A stretch of DNA of 64,000 nt, from assembly GCA_963793865.1 (NCBI GenBank), contig CAWCBP010000001.1, positions 96,001-160,000 of the forward strand, read 5' to 3'. Source of the DNA: an uncultured delta proteobacterium (GTDB taxonomy: Bacteria > Desulfobacterota > WTBG01). This document shows positions 43,300 to 53,415 of the stretch, piece after piece; within the stretch, counting starts at the first letter, position 1; each line of letters opens with the position of its first letter. The notes beneath the pieces were generated by a model that searched no databases, was not told where the DNA came from, and saw nothing but the letters and a program-made list of their open reading frames with translations. A program made the translations under genes and the position numbers.

Positions 43300-43538
43300 G
43301 AGAGATGTGCATTGCGATGTGGATGACGAGGAGCCGTAGAAGTCAGGAGCCAGAATTCAGAATCAAATACCCCTGTAGGAGCGGCTTTTAGCCGCGAAAG
43401 ATGTGGCGGGGGAATTCAGAAGTCAGGAGGCGAAATCCAATACTCCAGTACTCCATCACTGTCAGAAGTCAGAATTCAAGAGCCAGAATACTAACCCGGT
43501 AGGAGCGGCTTTAGCCGCGAAGACGCAAGGAGCAAAAA

Positions 43539-44864
43539 ATGGCCAAGAAATATGATCTCATCGTAGTTGGTGGCGGTACCTCCGGACTGGAGGCTGCAAA
43601 AACCGCCGCTCAAAATGGATTGAAGGTGGCGCTGCTGGAACGAAAAACGCACCCGGCCAAAATTTACCGGGCATGTGCCCAGATGTTTCTCCTGAACATG
43701 GATTCTTTTTACAATGAGCACATGTACTTCTCCCGCGAGCAGAAGAAGTGGATCTTTCCGGTGAACAACTTTACCGTCAACTACCGGGGCAACTACCGTG
43801 AATTTTACGCGCTGCATTTCATCGGCCCCAACGCGGTGGACAGGATCGAGGTCGGCGACTATGAGGCCAACCAGTCGGGCCGGGGGATTCCCGCGGTGGT
43901 GTTCGACAAGGGAGCGCTGCTCGGCGGCCTGTATGAAGAAGGGCTGGATGCGGGAGTCAATTATTTTCTCGAGCGGGGCGTGGTTGACGCGCGCAAGACG
44001 CCGGAAGGCATCGAGGTGAGAACCGACACGGGCGAAAGATTCCTGGGGACATTCTGCATTGCCGCGGACGGGGTCAACTCAAGGATGGCACGGATATTCG
44101 GGATCAACCGCGAAAGGATTTTTCTCCACACCTCCAGCGCGATCAGCTACTACGTAACCGGCGTCAAATTTGACCGGTCTGAAATGATTTGCCTGGGGCT
44201 CGGCCATGATACCGGCGGCCTGGGGGTGATCCAGTTCTGCCTGCTGCCCAGCGTGTACCGGGAAGACGAGTACTGGCTCTATATCGTGGGTGAAGAACGG
44301 TTTGACTATCTGGTCAACCGCAGCCCCTTTAAAAAGTGGTTTCACAATCTGCAGGTGACCCACAAGCGCTGCGCGGTTACCAGCAACTTCAGCCCCGCCA
44401 GGGAGCCTTTTAAGGACAATGTGGTCTTTGTGGGAGACAGCGTCTGGTTTGCCGAGGCGGAAAATACCGGAGCGCTGCTCTCAGGCCACAAGGCGGCACA
44501 CGCGGTCAGCAAAGCGCTGCACACGGGGCAGATAAACCGGGAGGGGGTAATTGACTATATCGAATGGTGGAAGCGCAATTGGCCCGAAACGCATGACTAC
44601 CGTGAGTTTCTCGGCTATCCGGTGTTCAACCGCATGTTTAACGAAGAGGAGCACCTCTATCTGCACCGGATTGTTACCCAGAAGCTGCCCTGGACCGTCA
44701 ATCCCTTCAAGCTTTATCAAGGCATCATGCAGGGAATCAAGCCCCACATTGAGCAGATAAAGCAGGAAAAGCCCGACCTCGCAAAAAAGATACTCGGGTT
44801 CAGGCCGGAGATGACCCCCCGGGTCATGAAGCGGGTGGCGCGCGCCGGATACCCGCCCCTGTAG
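43539..44864 (+). CDS. FAD-dependent oxidoreductase (geranylgeranyl reductase-like)
   Basis: YDLIVVGGGTSG, IAADGVNS and VFVGD. Confidence 0.85.
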   Translation: MAKKYDLIVVGGGTSGLEAAKTAAQNGLKVALLERKTHPAKIYRACAQMFLLNMDSFYNEHMYFSREQKKWIFPVNNFTVNYRGNYREFYALHFIGPNAVDRIEVGDYEANQSGRGIPAVVFDKGALLGGLYEEGLDAGVNYFLERGVVDARKTPEGIEVRTDTGERFLGTFCIAADGVNSRMARIFGINRERIFLHTSSAISYYVTGVKFDRSEMICLGLGHDTGGLGVIQFCLLPSVYREDEYWLYIVGEERFDYLVNRSPFKKWFHNLQVTHKRCAVTSNFSPAREPFKDNVVFVGDSVWFAEAENTGALLSGHKAAHAVSKALHTGQINREGVIDYIEWWKRNWPETHDYREFLGYPVFNRMFNEEEHLYLHRIVTQKLPWTVNPFKLYQGIMQGIKPHIEQIKQEKPDLAKKILGFRPEMTPRVMKRVARAGYPPL

Positions 44865-45114
44865 GAGAGATGTGTTGCGGAAGAGGCCAGATTCCAGAAT
44901 TCAGGAGACAGCAGCAAGAAGCGGATGATATGGGATCTGCGATGTGCGATCGCGTGAAACCCGCTAGGAGCGGCTTGTCGAACATTTCTGATTTCGGAAT
45001 GCGGATTTCGGAAGAAAAACAGGAGGCCGTATCCAAAACTCCAATACTCCAGCACTCCAGTATTTGACATCCAAGAGTCAGGAGGCAGTATCCACTACTC
45101 CAGCACTCACGGCT

Positions 45115-45834
45115 TTAGCCGCGAACGACCCACTTTTTAAACCAGCCCAGGCTCAGTAAGACGGCTTTTTCACGAAGGCGGGGATCAATGATGCTATGGT
45201 CCCCGCCGTTTATTATCTCCAGCCGCCGGGGTTCATGTGCCGAGTTATAAATACGCTCCGCGTGATGAAGGGGGACAAGTTCATCGCGGTCACCATGGAT
45301 GATGAGCAGGTTTTTGACCCCGGGCACAAATGCGGCCGCGGAGTATTGTTGTGCGTCGTCAAAAAATCTTTCCCTGATTATGCCGTCGGAGCTTGCGGTG
45401 ATTGCATCGCGAAGCTCATTAAAGCTGAACGGTGTTGCCCATGCGGCAACCGCCCGTATTTCTTCCCGGCAGGCCGCGACAAGCAGAGACACATACCCTC
45501 CCATGCTGCTCCCCAACAAACCGATGGGCTGAGGGCCGCCCGACGGGCGAGCCTTAATAAAATCGATGGCCGCGAGAAGGTCCTCTTTTCTCCCCGTCAC
45601 CGTCGTGTCTGCAAGGGCACCTTCGCTCTCACCGCATCCTCCAAAGTCAAATCGCAGAACGGTGAAGCCCTCTTCCGCGAAGCGTTCCCCCAGCTCGATG
45701 AATTTATCGCTGTCCTTGCTGCTGAGGAGGCCGTGCGAGGTGATGATGCATCCCTTGCTTTCATTGGCAGGGTGATGAATGATCCCTGCCAGCTTTCCGG
45801 ATGGTGAAGGGAAGGATACGGTTTCCTGTTTCAT
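45115..45834 (-). CDS. Alpha/beta hydrolase
   Basis: HG..S, RFDFGGCGESEG, GSSMGG, IHGDRDELVP and GGDH. Confidence 0.9.
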   Translation of the reverse strand: MKQETVSFPSPSGKLAGIIHHPANESKGCIITSHGLLSSKDSDKFIELGERFAEEGFTVLRFDFGGCGESEGALADTTVTGRKEDLLAAIDFIKARPSGGPQPIGLLGSSMGGYVSLLVAACREEIRAVAAWATPFSFNELRDAITASSDGIIRERFFDDAQQYSAAAFVPGVKNLLIIHGDRDELVPLHHAERIYNSAHEPRRLEIINGGDHSIIDPRLREKAVLLSLGWFKKWVVRG

Positions 45835-45867
45835 GAGATGATTACGTGCGCGGAGTGCGAGAGGCTT

Positions 45868-46896
45868 TCAGTCGTTGTCCAGTGAGTCGGGAGGGGGTGC
45901 TTCTGCTTCTGCGGCGCCGGCATCCTTCGCGGCTTCTTTCTGCGCTTCTTCCTTTTTCTCTTCTTCCTTCAGGTCGTTGACTGTCTTGTTGATGGTGTCA
46001 AACTGATACTTGCCGATCAGGAAGATGGTCTTCTTTGCCTCGCTCTTGGCGTAGTACTGCGCCTTCTCCTCGTTTTTTTTGCCGATGTGCAGCTTCTGCT
46101 CTATCTGGTCCTTGAGAATAACGGTGGCGGTGAGTTGAGGATTATCGATCTCATATTTAGCCGTGTCATAATCTTCTGCAAACCCCAGCCCGCTCAGCGA
46201 TGAAAGGGTGGTAACCATGGTGTTTACCATTTCCGGTTTCGCTTTTGCCCCCTCGGGTTTGGTAATATGCCACTCATCCTTTTCATTTTTTTCCAGGACA
46301 ATCTCTTCCCGGGCCGTTTTCAAGCTGAGCCGGGTTGCCATGTCGGCGGGAAATTTGAATATGGTTTTATCCCGCCAGCCTTCAACCGTCTTGTCAAAGG
46401 TGGAGGTTACGGCCGCCACCTGGAGGACCTCGTCGGATCCCTCTTTTCTCACGTAGTTGCTGAAGAAGTCGGCACCGATCTTACCGATGTAGAAGTGCGC
46501 CAGTATTTTGTCCCCGGCATCGAAAACCTTTACCTCCAGACCCCTGGCGGGCGTCACTTCAAATATGTCCTGCTTTCCCGGATTTTTCGATGCAATGTTT
46601 TCGCGCTTGAATCCGGCGACCGTCTCCAGGGCGCTTTGCACCGCTTCCGGATCAGCGGTGAAACCATCGGTACCGCTGATCTGCCAGGCATCTTCCTTTT
46701 TCTCCAGAACAATGTCTTTGCCCGTACTTTTTACCGCTATTTTTGCTGCGGCATCCTGAGCAAAGCCTGGAAAGAGGGTGGGCACTCCCTGCGCTTTCTT
46801 TCGCGCCTGCTCTGATAAGGGGCCTTCGAACAGGTAGACAAAGACAAGCAGAATAATAAACAGTCCAAAAAGTATAACGGTAGTTTTTGTTTTCAT
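45868..46896 (-). CDS. DUF4340-like membrane-anchored protein
   Basis: N-terminal TM, internal duplication, WRDKTIF; typical position after a gldG-like gene. Confidence 0.7.
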   Translation of the reverse strand: MKTKTTVILFGLFIILLVFVYLFEGPLSEQARKKAQGVPTLFPGFAQDAAAKIAVKSTGKDIVLEKKEDAWQISGTDGFTADPEAVQSALETVAGFKRENIASKNPGKQDIFEVTPARGLEVKVFDAGDKILAHFYIGKIGADFFSNYVRKEGSDEVLQVAAVTSTFDKTVEGWRDKTIFKFPADMATRLSLKTAREEIVLEKNEKDEWHITKPEGAKAKPEMVNTMVTTLSSLSGLGFAEDYDTAKYEIDNPQLTATVILKDQIEQKLHIGKKNEEKAQYYAKSEAKKTIFLIGKYQFDTINKTVNDLKEEEKKEEAQKEAAKDAGAAEAEAPPPDSLDND

Positions 46897-46954
46897 TTAA
46901 ATATCAAATACTGGAGTAATGGAGTATTGGAGTTTTGGATACGGCCTCCTGGCG

Positions 46955-47024
46955 CCTGAACCCTGAACCCTGAACCCTGAACCCTGAACCCTGAACCCTG
47001 AACCCTGAACCCTGAACCCTGAAC
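46955..47024. repeat. Perfect heptamer tandem repeat (CCTGAAC)x10
   Basis: Read directly from the sequence. Confidence 0.95.
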
Positions 47025-47040
47025 CACCCTCTCTCTCCTC

Positions 47041-48657
47041 CTACAGCTCCACCGCGCTCTTCTTTCTTCTCCTTCTCACATAAAAGCGCACGATGCCGAA
47101 GAAGGCCAGCGCCACGGGGATCCCGAACATGTTAAGAGATTTGACGAGCGTCTTCTGATATTCCGTGGTTTCCCGGAGGGGCCGGTCAGTGGCGCCGCGG
47201 GAGCGGATGCCGATGAGCTGATCTCCCAGGGTAAGCCAGTCAACCAGATTGAGAAAGAAGACCTGGTTGTCGTCAAACTGGGTAATAACATCATTGGTGA
47301 TAAAGCGGGAGTTGCCCACCACCACGATTTGTGTTTCAGGGCTTTCCCTGATGGTTTCTTTTTGTGGAGGGGCTTCAGTGCCGTCCGCCTTCTTTGCCGC
47401 GGGGGGTACTGGCTTGCCGGCAAAAAAGCTTTTGAATTTCCCGGAGGCGGCAGCCGCCAGCAGATAGCTTTGCATCTGCGTGCCCGGCTTGATGAATTGC
47501 TGCTGGGGATCGAGCATGTAGAAGCCTTTTTGCAGCCATGATGATTCCGTGGACTTGGCCAGCTCGGTTATGGCAATTCCCGGCATCTTCTCGCCGGCCA
47601 GGGTAAGCGAGCTGACCCAGGGCAGAACCAGGGACTCCAGCATGCTCACGGCGGGGTTGTCCGCCGCGAATCCTTCGCTCACCACCTTTACCCAGAAGGG
47701 ATAGGGAATGCGAAAGGTCATGAAGCCGCTGCGAAACGCGGCGTAGGCGTTGGAGGCGTCAAGCACCAGGTTTTCTTCGACGGTGATGCCGTAATGCTGC
47801 AGGAGTTCATTAATAGCCGGCTTGAAGCTGGTTGCCTGCAGACCTTCGCGCATTTCCACGGTATCGACCAGGAAGACCGCCTTGCCGCCCCGCATGATAA
47901 ATTGATCAATGGCGTATTTCTGCCGGTCGGTAAGGTCGCGGGGACCCGCCAGGATGAGGGTGCTTATTTTGTCAAGCGCCTGCTCATCATCAAGCTGAAT
48001 CTGCGTGACCTCGTACTGCTTGGAAAGCAGCTGGTTGGCCGCCTGGTACTCCTGATCGGCCGGCGGCGTCAGGGGTGTGCCCGCATACAGGCCCACCTTC
48101 TTGGTTTCTTTCGAGGTAACCTTCAAAATGGCGGAGGTGAGGTCATACTCCAGGTTTTTGGTGTCGCTGATGAAAGGGATGACCTCCTTTTTGTCCGCGT
48201 AGAAAATGGCCATGCCCAGGTAGGCGTTGGTGAGCTGCGCCTGGTCTTTTTCTATGATGTTGAGCTGCACCTGGGGTATGCCCATGAACCTGAGCTCCTG
48301 CTGCAGGGCCGGATCCTCAGTGGGATCGATGGATGTGACGGCTATGTTGCCCGCCGCATACGCCCTGTATTCATCGAGCAGATCGTTGATGTCCCGTTTC
48401 AGGTTGACAAGGTAGGAGGGGAGCTTTTGCGAAACATAGAGCTTGATGTTGACAATGTCGTCCAGCCCGGCCAGGGACTGCCTGGAGGAGGGGGTAAGCG
48501 TATAGCGCTTGTCATGGGTAAGGTCGATCCTGCTGAAGTGGCGGTAAAAGAAAAAATTGAGCACCGCCAGAATGCCGAGCACGATCAGGGCGATGACCGT
48601 ATAGTTGGTGGTGTGCTTAATGCGCCGCCGTGAGGACGCCGAACTTCCTACTTCCAT
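47041..48657 (-). CDS. GldG-like ABC transporter auxiliary component
   Basis: RIDLT.DKRYTL, EYDLTSAI, IDQFIMRGG, N..FFLNLVDWL and C-terminal TM. Confidence 0.85.
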   Translation of the reverse strand: MEVGSSASSRRRIKHTTNYTVIALIVLGILAVLNFFFYRHFSRIDLTHDKRYTLTPSSRQSLAGLDDIVNIKLYVSQKLPSYLVNLKRDINDLLDEYRAYAAGNIAVTSIDPTEDPALQQELRFMGIPQVQLNIIEKDQAQLTNAYLGMAIFYADKKEVIPFISDTKNLEYDLTSAILKVTSKETKKVGLYAGTPLTPPADQEYQAANQLLSKQYEVTQIQLDDEQALDKISTLILAGPRDLTDRQKYAIDQFIMRGGKAVFLVDTVEMREGLQATSFKPAINELLQHYGITVEENLVLDASNAYAAFRSGFMTFRIPYPFWVKVVSEGFAADNPAVSMLESLVLPWVSSLTLAGEKMPGIAITELAKSTESSWLQKGFYMLDPQQQFIKPGTQMQSYLLAAAASGKFKSFFAGKPVPPAAKKADGTEAPPQKETIRESPETQIVVVGNSRFITNDVITQFDDNQVFFLNLVDWLTLGDQLIGIRSRGATDRPLRETTEYQKTLVKSLNMFGIPVALAFFGIVRFYVRRRRKKSAVEL

Positions 48658-49364
48658 TTTCTGCTCTCGACTGCAAGGGTATTGAGAAAGAGAAAGAAAC
48701 CGATGATTGAAAGATAGTAGAGAATGTCACGGGTGTCGATGACCCCCCGGCTGATGCTTTCAAAGTGGGCGCCGAGCCCGAGATAGGTCAGGAGAGGCGC
48801 CGCCATGGCCGGCGCCGACATTAAAACCAGATCCTCGCCGATGATGAGGAAGGCGAAGCAGGTGACGATGCCGACGATGAAGGCGATGATCTGGTTCCTG
48901 GTGAGCGAGGAAATGAAAAGTCCTATGGCCAGGTAAGCTGCCCCCATGAGCGATGCCCCCAGGTAGCCGCCGATGATGGTGCCGGTTTCCGGCCTTCCCA
49001 GGATGTAGAGCGTGAGCACCAGGGGAAAGGTGAGCACCACCGACAGGAGCATGAAGATAAAGCCGGATAAAAATTTCCCCAGCACCACCTCGTAGTCCTT
49101 GAGCGGCAGGGTCATCAGCACCTCGATGGTCCCCATTTTTTTCTCTTCCGCCCAGGCGCGCATGGTGATGGCCGGGGCCAGGATGAGGAACAGCCAGGGC
49201 AGGATGCTGAAGAGCGGCCGCAGATGGGCCTGGCCGAGCAGGAAGAAGGTGCGGAAGAAGAGCCAGCTTGAGAAGAGCAGGAAGGTGATGATGAATATAT
49301 AGGCAATGGGGGAGTTGAAGTAGCTCCTGAATTCCTTTTTAAAAATGGTAAGTATGTTTCGCAT
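48648..49364 (-). CDS. GldF-like ABC-2 permease
   Basis: KEFRSYFNSPIAY, AEEKKMGTIEVL.TLP and GVIDTRD. Confidence 0.9.
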   Translation of the reverse strand: MRNILTIFKKEFRSYFNSPIAYIFIITFLLFSSWLFFRTFFLLGQAHLRPLFSILPWLFLILAPAITMRAWAEEKKMGTIEVLMTLPLKDYEVVLGKFLSGFIFMLLSVVLTFPLVLTLYILGRPETGTIIGGYLGASLMGAAYLAIGLFISSLTRNQIIAFIVGIVTCFAFLIIGEDLVLMSAPAMAAPLLTYLGLGAHFESISRGVIDTRDILYYLSIIGFFLFLNTLAVESRKWK

Positions 49365-49368
49365 GCGG

Positions 49369-50307
49369 TTAGGCTTCCCCGGTGGTGAGTTGCAGGAAGA
49401 TGTCTTCCAGGTTGGCCGTGTCCTTGTAAAGCTCGGTCAGGCTCCAGCCGTTTTGCGAGACCATGAAGAAGAGCTGCTCGCTTATGTCCGCGCCGGGGGG
49501 GCTGATGATTTCGAAATGATTAAGGTCGCCGTCGCCGGTTCGAGGGGTTTCAACCGCCTTGACCTTGTCCAGCGCCTTCAGCTTTTCCCGGACCTGCTGC
49601 AGCGGGCCCCTGATGGAAATATGAACCACCTCTCCACCCCGTGCCTTGGTGGACATTTCTTCGGGCGTTCCGCTTCCCACTATCCCGCCCCTGCTGATGA
49701 TGATGATGCGGTCGCAGGTGGCGGATACCTCGGGCAGGATGTGCGAGCTTAAGATGATGGTCTTTTCCCTGCCGATGTTTTTAATCAGCTCCCTGATTTC
49801 AATGATCTGGGTGGGGTCAAGTCCGATGGTGGGCTCGTCGAGAATGAGAACGTCGGGGTTGTGGAGCAGCGCCTGGGCGAGACCAACGCGCTGGCGGTAT
49901 CCCTTGGACAGCTCTCCGATCTCCTTTCTCAGCTCGCTGCGGAGGCCGCAGAGATCCACGACGTGTTTGATGCGGGACCGTCCCTCTGCAGCGGTGATGC
50001 CCCTGATGCTGGCAATAAACTCCAGGTAGTCTACGATCCCCATGTCCATGTAGAGCGGATTGTTTTCCGGCAGATAGCCGATCAGCTTCCGCACCTCAAG
50101 GGAATTTTCGGACACGTCGAAGCCGGCAATGGTCGCCGTTCCGGAGTCGGCAGGGTGGTAGCAGGTGAGGACGCGCATGGTGGTGGTTTTCCCGGCCCCG
50201 TTCGGCCCCAGGAATCCCAGCACCTCACCTTTCTTTACCTCAAAGGTCACGTCGTTCAGCGCCCGGGTAGGTCCATAGTTCTTGCAGAGATGGTTTGCCT
50301 TGATCAT
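49369..50307 (-). CDS. GldA-like ABC ATP-binding protein
   Basis: GPNGAGKTT, LSKGYRQRVG, LDEPT and SSHIL. Confidence 0.95.
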   Translation of the reverse strand: MIKANHLCKNYGPTRALNDVTFEVKKGEVLGFLGPNGAGKTTTMRVLTCYHPADSGTATIAGFDVSENSLEVRKLIGYLPENNPLYMDMGIVDYLEFIASIRGITAAEGRSRIKHVVDLCGLRSELRKEIGELSKGYRQRVGLAQALLHNPDVLILDEPTIGLDPTQIIEIRELIKNIGREKTIILSSHILPEVSATCDRIIIISRGGIVGSGTPEEMSTKARGGEVVHISIRGPLQQVREKLKALDKVKAVETPRTGDGDLNHFEIISPPGADISEQLFFMVSQNGWSLTELYKDTANLEDIFLQLTTGEA

Positions 50308-50623
50308 GGTGTCAGCAACGCGAAACAGGGATTGTGATTAAAGGGGCAACCGGTGATTTTTAAATCAGCGAGCGTCCGGTTTTGAATGCAAATCAATATG
50401 ACAGCGGATTTTAAGGAAAGCGCCATCTCTTGTCAAGCAAAAATCATCCCTTGCTTTCTCCCCATGACGCAGTTGTAGGGGCGACCGGCCGGTCGCCCCT
50501 GCTTTTTCTGATTGGTTGGAGTTGAAATATGCTATAGTAGGCGCGGAAGCATGGAAGTCAGCGCTTGAAGTACGTGCGATGTCACGATCTCATAAAATTT
50601 TCTCATCAGGTGCGAAGGAAATA

Positions 50624-52465
50624 ATGTTCGGGTTCACCGGCAGGCTGCTCTGTGTTGATCTCTCATCAGGCAGCAGTTCCATAATCAATCTTGAAGAAAA
50701 AGTTGCCCGCAGCTACCTCGGGGGTAGCGGGCTGGGCGCCTATCTTTTGTCCAACATGGATTGGTCGATTGAGCCGCTTGATCCGCGCAGCAGGCTTGCG
50801 TTCGTAACCGGCCCCTTGACGGGAACCCCCGCGCCCCTGTGCTCCCGCTATTCGGTTTGCGCCAGGTCCCCGCTCACTTCCATCTGGGGCGAGGCCCATG
50901 CCAGCGGCTTCTGGGGACCGGAGCTGAAATCGGCAGGTCTTGACGGCATAATCATTGAGGGAAAGGCGAAGCAGCCGGTCTATCTTTTGATCCACGATGA
51001 TGCTGTTGTCATCAGGGACGCGCGCCGCCTCTGGGGCAAGGATACGTACGCGACGGAGGATGCCCTGCGGCAGGAACCGGGAAGCGGGCAGATCAGGGTT
51101 GCCTGCATAGGACCGGCCGGTGAAAAGCTTTCGGCCATGGCCTCCATCATCAATGACCGGGGCAGGGCGGCCGCCCGTTGCGGTATCGGCGCGGTGATGG
51201 GATCAAAGGGGCTCAAGGCCATCGCGGTGCGCGGCACGCAGCCGGTAAGGACGGCGCAACCGGAGGAGCTGCGCCGCCTTTCTAAAACACTGGTTAAACT
51301 GGCCCGCGAGTCCGCCGCGGGGAAATATCTCGGGGAATACGGGACAGACGGGGGCATGGACCCCTTTCATGAATTCGGTGACGTGCCGATTAAAAACTGG
51401 AAGCAGGGGGCCTGGGAAGAGGGGTGCCATAAGGTTTCGGGTCAGGCGATGAAGGAGACCATGCTCACCGGCCGCTATGCCTGCAAGGGATGCCCCATCG
51501 GCTGCGGCAGGATCGTGGAGGTGAAGGACGGGCCTTACAGGGTTCTCAAGGGAAAGGGACCGGAATATGAAACGGCGGCCGTCTTTGGCCCGCTCTGCCT
51601 CAATGATAATCTGGAGGCAGTGGCCATGGCCAACGATCTCTGCAACCGGTTCGGGCTTGACACCATATCAACCGGGGCGGTTATCGCCTTTGCCTTTGAA
51701 TGTTTTGAAGAAGGTCTGATCACCACCGGGGACACCGACGGGCTGGAGCTTGTATGGGGTAATGGGGATGCCATTGTCAGCCTGGTTGAGAAGATCGGCA
51801 GAAGAGAAGGGATTGGTGATGTGCTGGCTGACGGCTGCAGGAAGGCAGCGGAACATATCGGTGGAGAAGCACCCGCATGTGCCATGCACATCAAAGGTCT
51901 GGAGCTGCCCATGCACGATCCCCGCGCTTTCAGCAGCTGGGCGGTTTCTTACGGCACCTCCAATCGCGGGGCATGCCACATCCAGGCGCCGACCTTCTGG
52001 GTGGAGCGGGGGCTTACCTTTCCCGCCATCGGGCTTGATAATCCCGGCGACCGGTTCGCCTGCGAGGGGAAGGGCCGGCTCACCAGGATATTCCAGGACT
52101 TCTGCGAGGTGGTGGAAGCAGCGGGCATCTGCAAGTTTGCCCTCTATGGCGATTTCCGCTCGCAGCAGGTCATCTCGCTGCTGCGCTGCGCGACAGGATT
52201 CGATTTGGAGCAGGATGAGGTGATGAGGATCGGAGAGCGGTCCTTCAATCTCAAGCGGATGATCAATGTGCGCTGCGGGATATCAGGCAAGGATGACCGT
52301 CTGCCCGAACGAATTTTAAGCCTGGCCCTTCATGAGGGCGGAACCAAAGGTTACCTGCCCGATCAGCAGAAGATGCTTGCCGAGTATTACCGGGAGAGGG
52401 GCTGGGATGAAAATGGGATCCCCACACCGGAGAAATTGAGGGAGCTGGATTTACAAGTAAAATAA
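50624..52465 (+). CDS. aor: Aldehyde:ferredoxin oxidoreductase family (tungstopterin enzyme)
   Basis: SPLT, CIGPAGE, GAVMGSKGLKAI, CKGCPIGC, GPEYET and GLDTIS. Confidence 0.9.
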   Translation: MFGFTGRLLCVDLSSGSSSIINLEEKVARSYLGGSGLGAYLLSNMDWSIEPLDPRSRLAFVTGPLTGTPAPLCSRYSVCARSPLTSIWGEAHASGFWGPELKSAGLDGIIIEGKAKQPVYLLIHDDAVVIRDARRLWGKDTYATEDALRQEPGSGQIRVACIGPAGEKLSAMASIINDRGRAAARCGIGAVMGSKGLKAIAVRGTQPVRTAQPEELRRLSKTLVKLARESAAGKYLGEYGTDGGMDPFHEFGDVPIKNWKQGAWEEGCHKVSGQAMKETMLTGRYACKGCPIGCGRIVEVKDGPYRVLKGKGPEYETAAVFGPLCLNDNLEAVAMANDLCNRFGLDTISTGAVIAFAFECFEEGLITTGDTDGLELVWGNGDAIVSLVEKIGRREGIGDVLADGCRKAAEHIGGEAPACAMHIKGLELPMHDPRAFSSWAVSYGTSNRGACHIQAPTFWVERGLTFPAIGLDNPGDRFACEGKGRLTRIFQDFCEVVEAAGICKFALYGDFRSQQVISLLRCATGFDLEQDEVMRIGERSFNLKRMINVRCGISGKDDRLPERILSLALHEGGTKGYLPDQQKMLAEYYRERGWDENGIPTPEKLRELDLQVK

Positions 52466-52481
52466 CCATTGAGGAAACGGA

Positions 52482-53240
52482 ATGAAAACAGTGATGATGC
52501 TTGCGGTACTCATATGCATCTTTCTTCCCGCACCGCCTGCCTGCTCTCAGCAGGCGGATGAATTGATGCGCGAAGGTGATCTTCTCTGGCAGGCAAGGGC
52601 TGAAGAGGGGAACGCCCTCTCTTCCATTGATGCATATAAGCGGGTGCTCGCAATCGATGCGCACAACTATGCTGCCTGCTGGAAAATTGCCCGCTCGTAC
52701 TTTTTTCTCGGGGATGCGCTTCCCGAAACGGATGAGATGAGGGACCGGCACCGGGAGATGGGGGAGCAGGGGATGCCTTACGCGAAAAAAGCGCTGGGGG
52801 TGAATCCCGGCGGCATCGAGGGCCATTACTATTATGCCCTGTGCATAGCTGAATACAGCATCGGCATCAGCATCGTGAAGGCGCTGGCCAAAGGCCTGGG
52901 GCCCGAGTATGAAAAACATGTGGGAAGGGCGCTGGAGATAGACAGGCTATACGACGGCGCGGGGCCTTTGCGCGCCATGGGCAGGTACTGGTACAAGCTT
53001 CCCTGGCCCAAGCGGGATATCAAGAAATCCGTTCAATATTTAAAGGAAGCTGCGGAGGCTGCTCCATACAGCATGCGCGGAAGGGTCTATCTGGCGGAGT
53101 CATATTTAAAGGGAGAAGACAGGGGGCAGGCTCAGGCGGAACTCCGGAAGGCACTGGAGATGCAGCCCGACCTCGCGCGCGAGATTGATGCCGCCCGCTG
53201 GCAAAAGCGGGCGGGGGAGCTGCTCAAGGAAAATTTTTAG
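52482..53240 (+). CDS. Secreted TPR-repeat protein
   Basis: Signal peptide followed by TPR-like helical repeats. Confidence 0.7.
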   Translation: MKTVMMLAVLICIFLPAPPACSQQADELMREGDLLWQARAEEGNALSSIDAYKRVLAIDAHNYAACWKIARSYFFLGDALPETDEMRDRHREMGEQGMPYAKKALGVNPGGIEGHYYYALCIAEYSIGISIVKALAKGLGPEYEKHVGRALEIDRLYDGAGPLRAMGRYWYKLPWPKRDIKKSVQYLKEAAEAAPYSMRGRVYLAESYLKGEDRGQAQAELRKALEMQPDLAREIDAARWQKRAGELLKENF

Positions 53241-53276
53241 GAGGATTTCATTATTGGCATAGGTTGTAACTTTATT

Positions 53277-53376
53277 GTAGCCGCAGGCTTCAGCCTGCGC
53301 ACATCTGCACGGGATGGGGTTTCTTAAATTGCGGCTAAATCAGGGAAAACGCGCAAGCTAAAGCTTGCGGCCTTAC
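53277..53376. repeat. REP doublet GTAGCCGCAGGCTTCAGCCTGCG (single unit at 11035-11057)
   Basis: Inverted pair; both sites lie between convergent genes. Confidence 0.75.
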
Positions 53377-53415
53377 GCCAAACGCAGCTGCGGCTGCTCC
53401 TCCAGTTTGACTTCC

